NCBI GenBank assembly: GCA_965198225.1
Contig: CBDAOY010000004.1
Coordinates: forward strand, 32,001-96,000
Source: Terriglobia bacterium
GTDB taxonomy: Bacteria; Acidobacteriota; Terriglobia; 20CM-2-55-15
Length of the DNA stretch: 64,000 nt
Direction of reading: 5' to 3'
Shown: positions 8,435-18,925 of the stretch, one piece after another
How the letters are laid out: each line of letters starts with the position of its first letter
Position numbering within the stretch: position 1 is the stretch's first letter
Notes under the pieces: model-generated
Seen by the model: the letters and a program-made list of their open reading frames with translations, nothing else
The model's database searches: none
Told to the model about the DNA's origin: nothing
Program-made: the position numbers and the translations under genes

Positions 8435-9997
8435 ATGCTGGCGCTAAAACTGGCAACTCTCTTGTTCGTCGCGCCCCTGGCCCCTGCAGCGGGAGATCCG
8501 CCCCTGGCGGATGCGGCCATGCAGGGGGACCGGACCACGGTGCAATCGCTGCTGGCGGGCAACGCGGACGTGAATGCCGCCCAGGGGGACGGGACGACTG
8601 CGCTGCACTGGGCCGCGCACAGGGAAGACCTGGAGATGGCTCGGATGCTCGTTGAGGCCGGTGCAGATCTGAAGGCGAGGACACGGGTGGGCAAATTGAC
8701 GGCTCTTTTCCTGGCGGCCAGGAACGGACACGCCGCGATGCTCGACCTCCTGCTCGAAGCCGGCGACGATGCCAACGCTGCCGGTACGACGGGAACGACG
8801 CCACTCATGCTGGCCGCGGCCTCAGGCCAGGCGGACGCCGTCAAGGTGCTGCTGGACAGGGGGGCGGCGGTCAACGCTACCGACATCGCGAACGGACAGA
8901 CGGCATTGATGTTTGCCTCTGCGAGGAATCGGACCGAAGTGATCGACGTTCTCGCAGCGCACGGGGCGGACCTGAATGCGACCTCGCGGGTCAACCGAAT
9001 TCCCTCGTCGGAGAATCCGAATCGAAACCGTGAGGATGTGGGCACAAATCCCACGATCATGGGCGGCCTGACGGCGTTGCACTTTGCGGCCCGGGAAGGC
9101 CATAAGGAGGCCGTCGAAGCGCTGGTCGAGGCGGGGGCGGATGTCAACCAGGTCAGCGGTTCGGACCGGGTCAGCGCGATGACGCAGGCCATCATCAACG
9201 CCGGCTTCGACATCGGGAAGTTCCTGCTCGATCATGGCGCCGATCCCAACCTGGTCAGCACGCGCGGGCTGAACTCTCTGTACGCGACCATCGACGCGCA
9301 GTGGGCAACGGTTACGTCGTATCCGCCGCCGACTGTGGCGGGCCAGAAGACGAGCCATATGGATCTGCTACGGGCTCTCCTGGACAAAGGCGCCGAACCG
9401 GACGTCCAAATGGGACCCATGCTGTGGTTCAGGCGGTTCACTGCCGGCGACTGGGTGGATGCGGGTGGTGCAACGCCTTTCTGGCGGGCGGCTCAGGCGA
9501 ATGACCTTCCCGCAATGCGGATTCTGGTGGCCGCCGGGGCAGACCCGAACATTCCGACAGAGGGTGGCGTTTCGCCGCTGCAGGTGACCGCGGGCTACGG
9601 CTTCGAACACGACGCCAGCACGGTCGTACCCGACGCGCGGTTCGAATCCGTCCGATACCTCGTGGAAGAGCTTGGCGTCGCCGTGAGGTCGACAGATAGC
9701 GAAGGTTACACGCCGCTTCATGGCGCGGCGGTCGTCGGGGAAAACGAGATCATTCGGTTTCTGGTGGCCAGCGGCGCCGACCCGACGGTCCGAGCTCACT
9801 TGATTCGTGTCGGCGACGACGGACAACGCGAGATTGTCGACGGCGCGGGGGACAGCGTCGCCGATATGGCCAACGGCCCGTTCCAGCGCGCCATAATCTA
9901 TCCCGACACGATCGAGCTCCTCGAAGGCCTGGGTTCGGAGAACTCGCACAATTGCCGATCTGCCGCATGCCTCAACCCGAACCGGCCGGGAGGATAG
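8435..9997 (+). CDS. Exported ankyrin-repeat protein, copy 1
   Basis: Signal peptide; repeated GxTALH/TPL..AA motifs; C-terminal NCRSAAC. Confidence 0.9.
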   Translation: MLALKLATLLFVAPLAPAAGDPPLADAAMQGDRTTVQSLLAGNADVNAAQGDGTTALHWAAHREDLEMARMLVEAGADLKARTRVGKLTALFLAARNGHAAMLDLLLEAGDDANAAGTTGTTPLMLAAASGQADAVKVLLDRGAAVNATDIANGQTALMFASARNRTEVIDVLAAHGADLNATSRVNRIPSSENPNRNREDVGTNPTIMGGLTALHFAAREGHKEAVEALVEAGADVNQVSGSDRVSAMTQAIINAGFDIGKFLLDHGADPNLVSTRGLNSLYATIDAQWATVTSYPPPTVAGQKTSHMDLLRALLDKGAEPDVQMGPMLWFRRFTAGDWVDAGGATPFWRAAQANDLPAMRILVAAGADPNIPTEGGVSPLQVTAGYGFEHDASTVVPDARFESVRYLVEELGVAVRSTDSEGYTPLHGAAVVGENEIIRFLVASGADPTVRAHLIRVGDDGQREIVDGAGDSVADMANGPFQRAIIYPDTIELLEGLGSENSHNCRSAACLNPNRPGG

Positions 9998-10451
9998 AGT
10001 CTCAATCAACCAGTCGGCCGGCCCGACCGGGGTGGCGTAGTACCAGGCTTCGGAAGTACGTGGTTCATGCCGACAACGTTGGTTCCGCTACTTCTAGTTA
10101 CGCACTTCATGATGTTCGTGCGACTACTGAAAAGAGGTCGCTCCTAAAAGCACGGAGCATTTGCGCCGTTGCTCCAGCACGACGAATCTACGAACCCGGA
10201 TTGACAGATTTCTTGACTGTGCTCGGTGCCGAACGTGTTCTCAGCGGATTCGGCGATCGACCCATGGGGCCTCGATGAGTTTCAATGCGGCGACGGGCGT
10301 TTCCGGCCATGTGGCAAAACTCCCTACGTTTGCCACGCGAAGTGTTCGTTGTCTTCTCGGGCCTCTGTTGGTTGGGTTCGCTCATGAGCATGGCGAGAAC
10401 CACGGCGATCACGATCGAGGCCAAACGTAGAAGGCCGAACGGAGAACCACT

Positions 10452-11522
10452 ATGAGTAAGGAAAAGATTTTGATCACGGCAGCGAACGGCCATACGGGAT
10501 TCTCGGCGGCAAAAGAGTTGCTGGAGCTCGGTTTTCCGGTCCGGGCCTTTGCCCGCAACCCGAACAATGAGAAGGCGAAAGAGCTTAAAAGCCTGGGGGC
10601 AGAAGTCCTTACTGGAAACATGAACGACGTCCGTGACGTTCGGAAGTCGATGGAAGGGATCCAGAGAGCCTACTACTCCCAGCCCTTTGCCCCGTACAGT
10701 CTTTTTACAGGAATGACTTTCGCCGTGGCCGCTGAGGAGATGAAGCTGGAGCATGTGGTGTCCATGACCCAATGGTTTTCGTCCAATACCCACCCCTCTT
10801 TAGCGACGCGAGAACATTGGCTTACGGACCGGATCGTCATGAGGTCCCCTGGAGTGAAATACACCATCATCAACCCGAGCTACCCATTTCCGTTTATTTA
10901 CTTTCAGTCCCTGGAGCTGATTGCACAAATGGGAATCATGCCTGACATGGGAAAGAACGCCCTCCCGTCCGATGAGGACATGGGCGCGTTGGCGGCCCAT
11001 ATCCTCAAGGACCCGGCAGAACACGCAGGAAAAACCTATCGCCCGACCGGGCCCAAGATCCTCTCGACGCAGGAAATGGCCGACATCATCGGGAAGATCC
11101 TCGGAAGAAAGGTTGTGGCTCAGAAGATGTCAAACCGAATGTTTCTGAAAGCGCTCAAGGCGAACGGACTCCCGATCTACGCGTATTCTCAGATCCCGGA
11201 CTACAACGAGGAAGCTTTCAACGGAACCATGGAAGTAAGCGCGCCGACCAGCGTGGTGAAGGAAATCGTTGGGCGAGATCCCGAGGATTTTGAAACGATT
11301 GCCAAACGCTATATTGCGGACAGTTCCGTTGTACGGCCATCTGTGGTGAATAAACTGAGGGCCCTCAAGAATTTAATAAAGGTCATGCTGACCCGCGTCC
11401 CCGATTTAGAGACCTACCATGGTGCACAGGGGCATCCCGCACTGCAAAACCCCGAGTTTTGTTACCAAAACAAGGAATGGCGGACCGAGCATGAAACCGC
11501 AATGCCGGACGCGGTGCTCTGA
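10452..11522 (+). CDS. NmrA-family NAD(P)-binding protein
   Basis: ILITAANGHTG Rossmann start; HAGKTYRPTGP. Confidence 0.8.
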   Translation: MSKEKILITAANGHTGFSAAKELLELGFPVRAFARNPNNEKAKELKSLGAEVLTGNMNDVRDVRKSMEGIQRAYYSQPFAPYSLFTGMTFAVAAEEMKLEHVVSMTQWFSSNTHPSLATREHWLTDRIVMRSPGVKYTIINPSYPFPFIYFQSLELIAQMGIMPDMGKNALPSDEDMGALAAHILKDPAEHAGKTYRPTGPKILSTQEMADIIGKILGRKVVAQKMSNRMFLKALKANGLPIYAYSQIPDYNEEAFNGTMEVSAPTSVVKEIVGRDPEDFETIAKRYIADSSVVRPSVVNKLRALKNLIKVMLTRVPDLETYHGAQGHPALQNPEFCYQNKEWRTEHETAMPDAVL

Positions 11523-11875
11523 TCTGGAAGTTCGCGCTTGAGGGTTGCCGGGAACTTCTGGTTCATCTTTCCCGTGCCGGCAACACCGGCGACGAGCAAC
11601 GACGCTGGAAGCGCCACGTCGTCAGCTCATCGTAAGCACTGCTCGGAAGTGCACCCTGCTTTCCATCACCAACGCCAACTCGATCGCCCGAACGCCTCTC
11701 AGGATGAGGCGTACCATCGTTGCACTGCCGGCGCGACGTACTTCGGCACCTTCCATAACTACGCATGGCCAACGACACAGGTATGTTGGGAGTTGAGAAA
11801 CGGAGACTTGGATGGGAGACTCTTCACAGCACTGTTACAGGCCACTAGAAGAGCCAGGGCAGCCGATCATAGCCA

Positions 11876-14521
11876 ATGAAGACTTTATGTTCCGCCATCT
11901 TACTTTCATTTCTTGCTCAGGGACCTTCCTCAGTCGGTGGCGTGGTCCAGGATCCGGCGGGCGCGGCATTGGATGCCGCAAGCGTCTCGATCTTGAGCGC
12001 GCGTGGGTCCGTTATCGAGACGGTTCGAACCGGACCGGACGGGCAATTCCTGTTCTCGCCTATTCGCCCCGGCAACTACGAACTGAGCGTTGAAGCGCCT
12101 GGCTTTGCTACAAAAAGCCAGGCCATCCGGCTCCTGCCGGATCGGGCCCTCCAGTTGCAAGTCCGGTTGAATCTTCAAGCGTTATCGCAGGAAGTGACGG
12201 TGACCGCAGAGTTGGGAAGCGTCGCGGAACTCGCCCGTACGCCACAGCAGGTCACTGTGATCGACGAGTCGGAGATTGACCGACGGACCAAGTCGGTGTT
12301 GGCACAGGTCGCCAACGATTCGGTCGGCGTGGCCCTCCAGCGCACCTCTCCCAGCATTGGCGGGATTTACATCCGGGGGCTCACGGGTAAGAACGTCGTG
12401 GTCTATGTCGATGGAGTTCGCTACACGACCTCCGCCCAGCGCGGCGGGATCAACACGTTCCTGAACCTCAATGAGCCGACCGAATTGCAGCGGGTCGAGC
12501 TGTTGCGCGGGCCGTCCAGCGCTCAGTACGGCAGCGACGGCCTGGGCGGTACCGTGCAGCTCCTGTCGAAAACACCGTCGATGTCTTCACAGGGAATCGA
12601 ATGGCACGGCGAGACCGGCATTTTCGGCAACACAGCCACGGCAGGCTTCGGGGCGAACGCCAGCCAGAGCCTCTCCACACCGCGTTTCGGTATGGTCACG
12701 AGCCTGTCGAGCCGGCGGAACAACACGTTTCGCCCGGGTGGGGGCTTCGACACCAACTCCAGTCTCAACCGCTTCCTCGGACTGTCTTCGACTCTTTACG
12801 GCACGCGTCTGCCCGATACGGCGTTCACGCAATTTGGAGGCAGCCTGCGTCTGAACTTCATGATCGACGCGCGGACCCAACTCACGGCCAGCTACAAGCG
12901 GAACCAGCAGGATGGGGGCAAACGGTACGACCAGCTGATCGGCGGGGACGGGAACAACGTCGCGGAACTTCGGAACCTGATGCTGGACTTCTTCTATACC
13001 AAGCTCGATCGGGAGTTCGGTAACAGATTCATCGACACCACGTCCCTGTCTTTCTCCTACAACCGGCAGCGGGAAGAACGGGTCAATCAGGGAGGGAACG
13101 GCGACCCCACCCGGGGGATCGTGTCGAACTTCGAACGCCTGAACGCATTCGGCGTCCAATGGCGTTCGAACAAGCGAGTGAGTCCTCGATACGAGTTTTT
13201 CACGGGAATGGAGATCTACCACGAGTCGATGGCCGCGCCCACATCCACCTTCTTTCCGGTTTCGGGAACCTCATCGCCGTCACGGGGAAGGGTGCCCGAC
13301 GGGGCCCGCTACATTCGAGCTGGAATCTTCTCCAGGCACGCCCTGGAGATCGTCCCGGAACGGCTCCGCTTTGTCGGGACGATCCGATACGGAGCGGCGC
13401 ACTACCGGGTCGAACAGTCCGACCTGTGGCCGGCGGATTCTATGCGTACCGGAGATGTTTCCGGCAACGTGGGCCTGGTGGCGACCGCTCACCCTTCACT
13501 GACATTTCATTTCAACTACAGTCGTGGCTTCCGCGCTCCGAGCATGACCGATCTGGGCACTCTCGGGCTTACCGGCGACGGATTTGAGCTGGCGCACACC
13601 GACGTGGCCGAACGCGCCGGCATGATTGGGGACACCGCCGCCGAGGATGCGTTATCGATCGGCGAACCCGTCGCACCGCTTCGATCCGAGATCAGCAACA
13701 GCTTTGATCTGGGTTTCCGCTATGGCGGTCCCAGGCTGCGATTCGAAACCACCGGCTTCCTCCTCGATCTGGAAGACACGATCGTAAAACAGGCGTTGAT
13801 CCTTCCACCCGGAGCCACGGAGAGGGTTTCCTTCGCCGGTCAACCGGTCGTCCGACAGACACCGGGAGGGGCGGTCTTCGTCCCGATTTCATCCGACCCG
13901 GTTCTGGTACGCACGAACCTGGATGACACACGTCACTATGGGATGGAGTTCCAGGCAGAGATTCGGGCGACGACCGCCTGGAGCCTGAAGGGAAACTTCA
14001 CCTGGGTCCGCGCCTTCAATCGCGCCAACGGAGCGGCACCCAATGTCGAAGGTGGAACGCCGGCGCCTCGCGGAACATTGACGCTCGGATATCGTCCCGA
14101 CCGGCGGCCCTTTTCGCTCGAATTATCGGCCGTCGGGGTTGCCCCTCAGGCGCGCTTCTCGAGCCTCGACTTGAGGGATCGCCGGACGGGGGCAACTCGC
14201 TCGCGCCGAACGATCGCGAATTTCTTCAATGGTGGAGCGAGCGTCCGTGGCCTGGTCACCAACGGCATCCTGCTCCCAACGGGCGAGACTCTCCAACAGG
14301 TACAGGATCGCGTCCTGGGTGTGGGCATTAACAGCAAGGCGCTGCAGACAAGGCTTGCCGGGCACGTCCTGATCAACGTCCGGGGCGTCTACTATTTTTC
14401 GGATAATCAGGAAGTGGCGGTCGGGATCGAAAACCTTACGGATCGGAATTACAGGGGGGTCAACTGGGGGGTTCCGGGGCCGGGGCTTGATCTGAGCGTG
14501 AGATATAGTTTTCGGTTTTGA
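11876..14521 (+). CDS. TonB-dependent receptor with N-terminal carboxypeptidase-regulatory-like domain
   Basis: Plug motifs IYIRG, RVELLRGPSSAQYGSDGLGG; ENLTDRNY; terminal Phe. Confidence 0.9.
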   Translation: MKTLCSAILLSFLAQGPSSVGGVVQDPAGAALDAASVSILSARGSVIETVRTGPDGQFLFSPIRPGNYELSVEAPGFATKSQAIRLLPDRALQLQVRLNLQALSQEVTVTAELGSVAELARTPQQVTVIDESEIDRRTKSVLAQVANDSVGVALQRTSPSIGGIYIRGLTGKNVVVYVDGVRYTTSAQRGGINTFLNLNEPTELQRVELLRGPSSAQYGSDGLGGTVQLLSKTPSMSSQGIEWHGETGIFGNTATAGFGANASQSLSTPRFGMVTSLSSRRNNTFRPGGGFDTNSSLNRFLGLSSTLYGTRLPDTAFTQFGGSLRLNFMIDARTQLTASYKRNQQDGGKRYDQLIGGDGNNVAELRNLMLDFFYTKLDREFGNRFIDTTSLSFSYNRQREERVNQGGNGDPTRGIVSNFERLNAFGVQWRSNKRVSPRYEFFTGMEIYHESMAAPTSTFFPVSGTSSPSRGRVPDGARYIRAGIFSRHALEIVPERLRFVGTIRYGAAHYRVEQSDLWPADSMRTGDVSGNVGLVATAHPSLTFHFNYSRGFRAPSMTDLGTLGLTGDGFELAHTDVAERAGMIGDTAAEDALSIGEPVAPLRSEISNSFDLGFRYGGPRLRFETTGFLLDLEDTIVKQALILPPGATERVSFAGQPVVRQTPGGAVFVPISSDPVLVRTNLDDTRHYGMEFQAEIRATTAWSLKGNFTWVRAFNRANGAAPNVEGGTPAPRGTLTLGYRPDRRPFSLELSAVGVAPQARFSSLDLRDRRTGATRSRRTIANFFNGGASVRGLVTNGILLPTGETLQQVQDRVLGVGINSKALQTRLAGHVLINVRGVYYFSDNQEVAVGIENLTDRNYRGVNWGVPGPGLDLSVRYSFRF

Positions 14522-14603
14522 GAAGCGGTAGACAAACAGGAGAGAAGAGCGAATATTAGGAACCTCGAATTCCATGCGTTGAAAACAATTGGAGGCAACT
14601 CTG

Positions 14604-17600
14604 ATGGAACGAACTGCCCGACACCACCGACGGCGACTGCTGTGCACCACTGTCGTTATTGGATTCAGTTTCCTTCTTTCGGCCCAGGCGGCTCTTGCCC
14701 AAACGGGCGCGGTGATCGACGCCGACATCCTGGACCAACTCGAGTACCGAACGATCGGCCCGGTCGGCAACCGAGTGAGTGCCGTGGCCGGCGTGCCCGG
14801 CGATCCGGGCACCTACTACGCCGGCGCTGCGTCCGGAGGGGTTTTCAAGACCACCGATGGAGGGGTGTCCTGGCAACCGATCTTCGATGATCAACCCGTG
14901 GCCTCGATCGGTTCTCTGGCAGTCGCACCCTCTGATCCCAACGTCGTGTGGGCGGGGACAGGCGAAACGTTTATTCGCAGTAACGTCTCGGTCGGAAACG
15001 GGATCTACAAGTCTACAGATGGCGGGAAGACGTGGGAACACATGGGACTCGTGGAAACCGGACGGATCGGACGCATTGTCATCCACCCGAACGACCCCGA
15101 CACGGTGCTGGTGGCCGCCATGGGGCACTGTTATGGACCCCAGCAGGAGAGAGGTGTGTTCAAGACAACCGACGGTGGCACGACCTGGGACCACGTTCTC
15201 TTTGTCGACGAGAACACCGGGGCGTCCGACATCGTCATGGATCCTAACAACCCGAGGATTCTGTTTGCCGGAACCTGGCAGATGGTGATCTGGACCTGGG
15301 GTCGTCAGAGTGGGGGGCCGGGAGGCGGCCTGTACATGTCGCGGGACGGGGGAGCCAACTGGGAGCGACTGGAAGGTAACGGCCTTCCCGAATCTCCCTG
15401 GGGCAAAGTCGGGCTGGCCATGACGCCGGCGGACTCGGATCGGATCTATGCGCTCATCGAAACGAACTCCAACAGGGACTTCGCGCCGTTGACCGAGCAT
15501 CAGGGGGTTATGTGGCTTTCCCGGAACGGAGGCGATAGCTGGGAGCTGGGCACGGCGGACCATCGCATCGTCCAGAGACCTCACTACTACAGCAGGGCGG
15601 CGGTGGCGCCCGACGATCCGGACGAAATCCGGTTCATGTCGGTTCGACACTCGCTATCGCTCGATGCAGGAAAGACGATCAGTTCGGTGCCTTCCGGTTT
15701 CGACCATCACGACATCTGGATCGATCCCGAAATGCCGGACCGGATAATCCTGGGTCACGACGGCGGGGTCACGATTTCGACCAATCGCGGAAAGACCTGG
15801 TTCCGCCCCCAGCTGCCGATCGCTCAGATGTATCACGTCTATACCGACAATCAGATTCCATATTTTGTGTACGGCAACCGGCAGGACGGGCCTTCAACCC
15901 GTGGACCCAGCAACTCACTGACCGGGGGACCGATCCCGATTGGCGAATGGAGGCCGGTGGGAGGTTGTGAATCGGGCTTCGCGGTACCCGATCTGGTGGA
16001 CATCAACATCGTGTGGTCGGGATGCTTCGATGGAATCCTGGAACGACACGATCGTCGAACGGGTCACTCGCGAAACGTGAGTGTCTGGCCACGGGCGATC
16101 GAGTCCTGGCCTGCCTCGGACGTGCAGTACCGGTTCCAGTGGACCTTCCCGGTCACCATCTCGCCCCATGACCACAACCGGGTTTACGTGGGGAGCCAGT
16201 TCGTCCATATGACCGAGAACGCGGGCCAGAGCTATCGAGTCATCAGCGGCGACCTGACCACGAATGACGTGAGCCGCCAGCAGAAAACCGGCGGCCTGAC
16301 TCCTGATGATGCCGGTCCAACGATTGCCCCCGTTGTGTTTGCGATTGCCGAATCGTTTGTCGAAGAGGGTCTGGTTTGGGCCGGCACGAACGACGGCCTG
16401 GTCCACGTGACCCGCGATGGAGGCCTCAACTGGTCCAACGTGACCGCGAATCTGCCTGGGATCCCCACCTGGGGCACGATCAGCAACATCGAGCCGTCCC
16501 GATACGAAGCCGGCACCACGTACCTCAGCGTTGATGCCCACCAGGTCAATGACACCCAGCCGTACATCTACCGCACAAAGGATTTCGGCTCGACCTGGGA
16601 TCGCATGACGACGGGTATTCCGTCCTCGACTCACAGCTACGTGCATGTGGTGCGGGAAGACCCCAGAATGCCGGGTCTCCTCTATGCCGGAACCGAGAAC
16701 GGGCTCTACTTTTCGCTGAACGACGGGATCGAATGGCAGCCCCTGCAGACCAATCTTCCGCACGCCCCGGTTCACTGGCTCGAGATTCAGGACCATTTCA
16801 GTGACCTGGTCGTGGCCACGTATGGAAGAGGATTCTGGATCCTGGACGACATCACCCCGCTGCGGCAGCTGACCAACGAGGTGCTCAACGCCGATGTTCA
16901 CTTGTTCAAGCCCAGGCCTGCTTATCGCTTTCGACCGGTTCAGGCGCCCCACAGTCAGCCGGGCGATCCTGCTGTCGGGCAGAATCCTACTTACGGAGCT
17001 TCTCTGCACTACTTCCTCAAGGAAGAACCGGAAGACTCGGTAAACGTGACGATTCTGGATTCACAGGGGGAGACGGTTCGCGAGCTGTCTGATGTCCCGG
17101 CGGGTCCAGGGATCAATCGCGTCTATTGGGACCTGAGATATGAAGCGGCCGCCCAACCCGAGCTGAGGACAAAACCGAACGAACACTCGCATATCGAGAT
17201 TCCCCCAGACGGCTGGAGGCCTCTCGAAGAGGCCCGGCGGGTGGCGCCGCTGGGTCCCCCGGGAACCTATACGGTAAAGCTGCAGGTTGGTGATCAGGAA
17301 TGGACCGAGGAAATCGAGGTTCTCAAGGATCCCAATTCGACCGGCACAGAAGCGGACATCGCCAGGCAATTGGAGCTTGTCATGGACTTGCGGGAAATGG
17401 TCGATTCGGCCGTCGAAATCATCAACGACATCGAGTGGGCTCGGAAGCAGATCCAGGACCTGTTGGCCCGGCTGGACGGGCGGGAGGACATCGACGACAT
17501 CGAGGAATCGGGTCGCGCACTCGATGAGAAGCTGCAGGAGCTGGAAGGCAATTTCTTTGACCTGAGGCTGACTGGATCGGGTCAGGACACGCTGCGTTGG

Positions 17601-17834
17601 CGCAGGCGACTCTACGCCGACCTGACATCTCTCATGCGTCAGATCAATCAATCCGATTTCCGACCGACAGACCAGCAGGGCGACGTCTATCTGTTGCTCA
17701 AGGAAGAGTTGGCCGAACATTCCGAGGCGATGGACGAACTCCGAGGAGGAGAGATCTCAGAGTTCAATGCGCTGCTGCGGACGATGGAGATCCCAAACGT
17801 GATCGTGACTCATCGAGAGACGCCAGAGCCATGA
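14604..17834 (+). CDS. VPS10/sortilin-like BNR (Asp-box) repeat glycosyl hydrolase-like protein
   Basis: YRTIGPVGNRV, multiple S/TxDGGxT/SW Asp-boxes, DHHDIWIDP; RBS GGAGG. Confidence 0.88.
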   Translation: MERTARHHRRRLLCTTVVIGFSFLLSAQAALAQTGAVIDADILDQLEYRTIGPVGNRVSAVAGVPGDPGTYYAGAASGGVFKTTDGGVSWQPIFDDQPVASIGSLAVAPSDPNVVWAGTGETFIRSNVSVGNGIYKSTDGGKTWEHMGLVETGRIGRIVIHPNDPDTVLVAAMGHCYGPQQERGVFKTTDGGTTWDHVLFVDENTGASDIVMDPNNPRILFAGTWQMVIWTWGRQSGGPGGGLYMSRDGGANWERLEGNGLPESPWGKVGLAMTPADSDRIYALIETNSNRDFAPLTEHQGVMWLSRNGGDSWELGTADHRIVQRPHYYSRAAVAPDDPDEIRFMSVRHSLSLDAGKTISSVPSGFDHHDIWIDPEMPDRIILGHDGGVTISTNRGKTWFRPQLPIAQMYHVYTDNQIPYFVYGNRQDGPSTRGPSNSLTGGPIPIGEWRPVGGCESGFAVPDLVDINIVWSGCFDGILERHDRRTGHSRNVSVWPRAIESWPASDVQYRFQWTFPVTISPHDHNRVYVGSQFVHMTENAGQSYRVISGDLTTNDVSRQQKTGGLTPDDAGPTIAPVVFAIAESFVEEGLVWAGTNDGLVHVTRDGGLNWSNVTANLPGIPTWGTISNIEPSRYEAGTTYLSVDAHQVNDTQPYIYRTKDFGSTWDRMTTGIPSSTHSYVHVVREDPRMPGLLYAGTENGLYFSLNDGIEWQPLQTNLPHAPVHWLEIQDHFSDLVVATYGRGFWILDDITPLRQLTNEVLNADVHLFKPRPAYRFRPVQAPHSQPGDPAVGQNPTYGASLHYFLKEEPEDSVNVTILDSQGETVRELSDVPAGPGINRVYWDLRYEAAAQPELRTKPNEHSHIEIPPDGWRPLEEARRVAPLGPPGTYTVKLQVGDQEWTEEIEVLKDPNSTGTEADIARQLELVMDLREMVDSAVEIINDIEWARKQIQDLLARLDGREDIDDIEESGRALDEKLQELEGNFFDLRLTGSGQDTLRWRRRLYADLTSLMRQINQSDFRPTDQQGDVYLLLKEELAEHSEAMDELRGGEISEFNALLRTMEIPNVIVTHRETPEP

Positions 17835-17851
17835 ATGTCCCGCAAAGCCGG

Positions 17852-17895
17852 CATCGTTGCCGCCTCGGGCAACCCAGCCGGTTCTTCCGCCTCCT
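17852..17895. repeat. 44-bp direct copy of coding sequence at 19505-19548
   Basis: CATCGTTGCCGCcTCGGGCAACCCaGCCGGTTCTTCCGCCTCCT, 2 mismatches. Confidence 0.85.
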
Positions 17896-17936
17896 TGTGG
17901 GGGCTTGTGACCTGACGATGGCCGAGGTGACCGCCG

Positions 17937-18320
17937 TCAAAGTCTATACGGCACGACGACGAAACGATGCCGTTCGGGCGGAAAATCATCGACGTCCCGT
18001 GTGGCCAACTTCAGCCGGTGCTGTTTTGCAGCCGCGGCTTGCATCGCGTCAGGCATCCTCCACCCGTGCTTTTGGCGCAGCGTCGCCGCCAAGTCGGCAA
18101 CCTCTCGGTCGATCACAATCAAAGGAAACTGATCCAGGAATCGACGTGGAAGACGACGCCTACGGGGTTCAAAGCCAGTCAGGACTTCCGCGCGCGTAAT
18201 AACGGAGATCGCGATGTGACCGCGCATGCGCGACAAGTAATCGGTCGCCGCCGCGATTCCGTTGAAGTGATCGATCAGGATGACAGAATCGGCGAGAATC
18301 GCTACAGTCTGTTTCGCCAT
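17937..18320 (-). CDS. vapC: PIN-domain toxin (VapC family)
   Basis: ILADSVILID, ISVITRAEVL, MPDAMQAAAA, LATRDVDDF. Confidence 0.9.
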   Translation of the reverse strand: MAKQTVAILADSVILIDHFNGIAAATDYLSRMRGHIAISVITRAEVLTGFEPRRRRLPRRFLDQFPLIVIDREVADLAATLRQKHGWRMPDAMQAAAAKQHRLKLATRDVDDFPPERHRFVVVPYRL

Positions 18321-18544
18321 TCTCGTCGAAGCTCGCGCTGGTGCTTCAAAGCGTCCTCGCCCTTCCAGATCCCACTTGTCTGTCTAAGCAGTTCGTCAAA
18401 CGAGGCATCTTCTGGCGGCGTCCGCTCACGATACTGCCGAACTGCAATCCGAATCAACTCCGCCATGGACAGATTCTCATGCTCAGCCCGCCGATCCAGC
18501 CACTCTTTGTTCTCACGATCGAGACTGATAACCGTGCGTATCAT
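18302..18544 (-). CDS. Ribbon-helix-helix (CopG-like) antitoxin
   Basis: MIRTVISLD..WLDRRA..SMAELIRIAV; overlaps toxin start. Confidence 0.85.
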   Translation of the reverse strand: MIRTVISLDRENKEWLDRRAEHENLSMAELIRIAVRQYRERTPPEDASFDELLRQTSGIWKGEDALKHQRELRREWRNRL

Positions 18545-18558
18545 GATCCCGCTCCATG

Positions 18559-18593
18559 GTGATATTACTTTTGGCCTATGTGATATCGTATCA
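18559..18593 (-). promoter_or_regulatory. Putative TA autoregulatory operator
   Basis: Repeated GTGATAT boxes (18559, 18580) in AT-rich DNA just upstream of the antitoxin. Confidence 0.4.
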
Positions 18594-18925
18594 TTAAGCA
18601 CGAGCATAGGAAAACCAAGAGGCCTTTTTTGTAATCAGGCCCGACTTTGCGGGATGGGTGGATCAGAATTCTGACTGTTCGGGGAGAGCAGGCGACGACC
18701 GCTCAGTGTAAGGTCGTAGGCGAAGACGACGCCGAGATGGAGAGCATACCGCGATGCGGCTGAAATCAGAGCCCGGCGAGGAAGTAAGAAAGCGTAGTGG
18801 ACGAGGTTCAGGCACACGTCTCCTCGGAATATCAACGACTTGAAAACGGCACGGGACAGTCATTTCCCGCCATACGTTCTTCAATTTTCCAGGTCCGCGC
18901 GGGATATCTGCTTTCTACGCGACCT

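Noticed and set aside
7027-9213. Long antisense ORFs (also 20303-21904, 47373-48953, 57879-59231)
   Set aside because: Shadows of well-supported genes on the opposite strand in GC-rich DNA
10000-10450. Short ORFs in intergenic stretches (also 11538-11879, 35240-35560, 55940-56540, 56890-57320)
   Set aside because: No recognisable motifs, RBS or RNA structure that could be supported by eye
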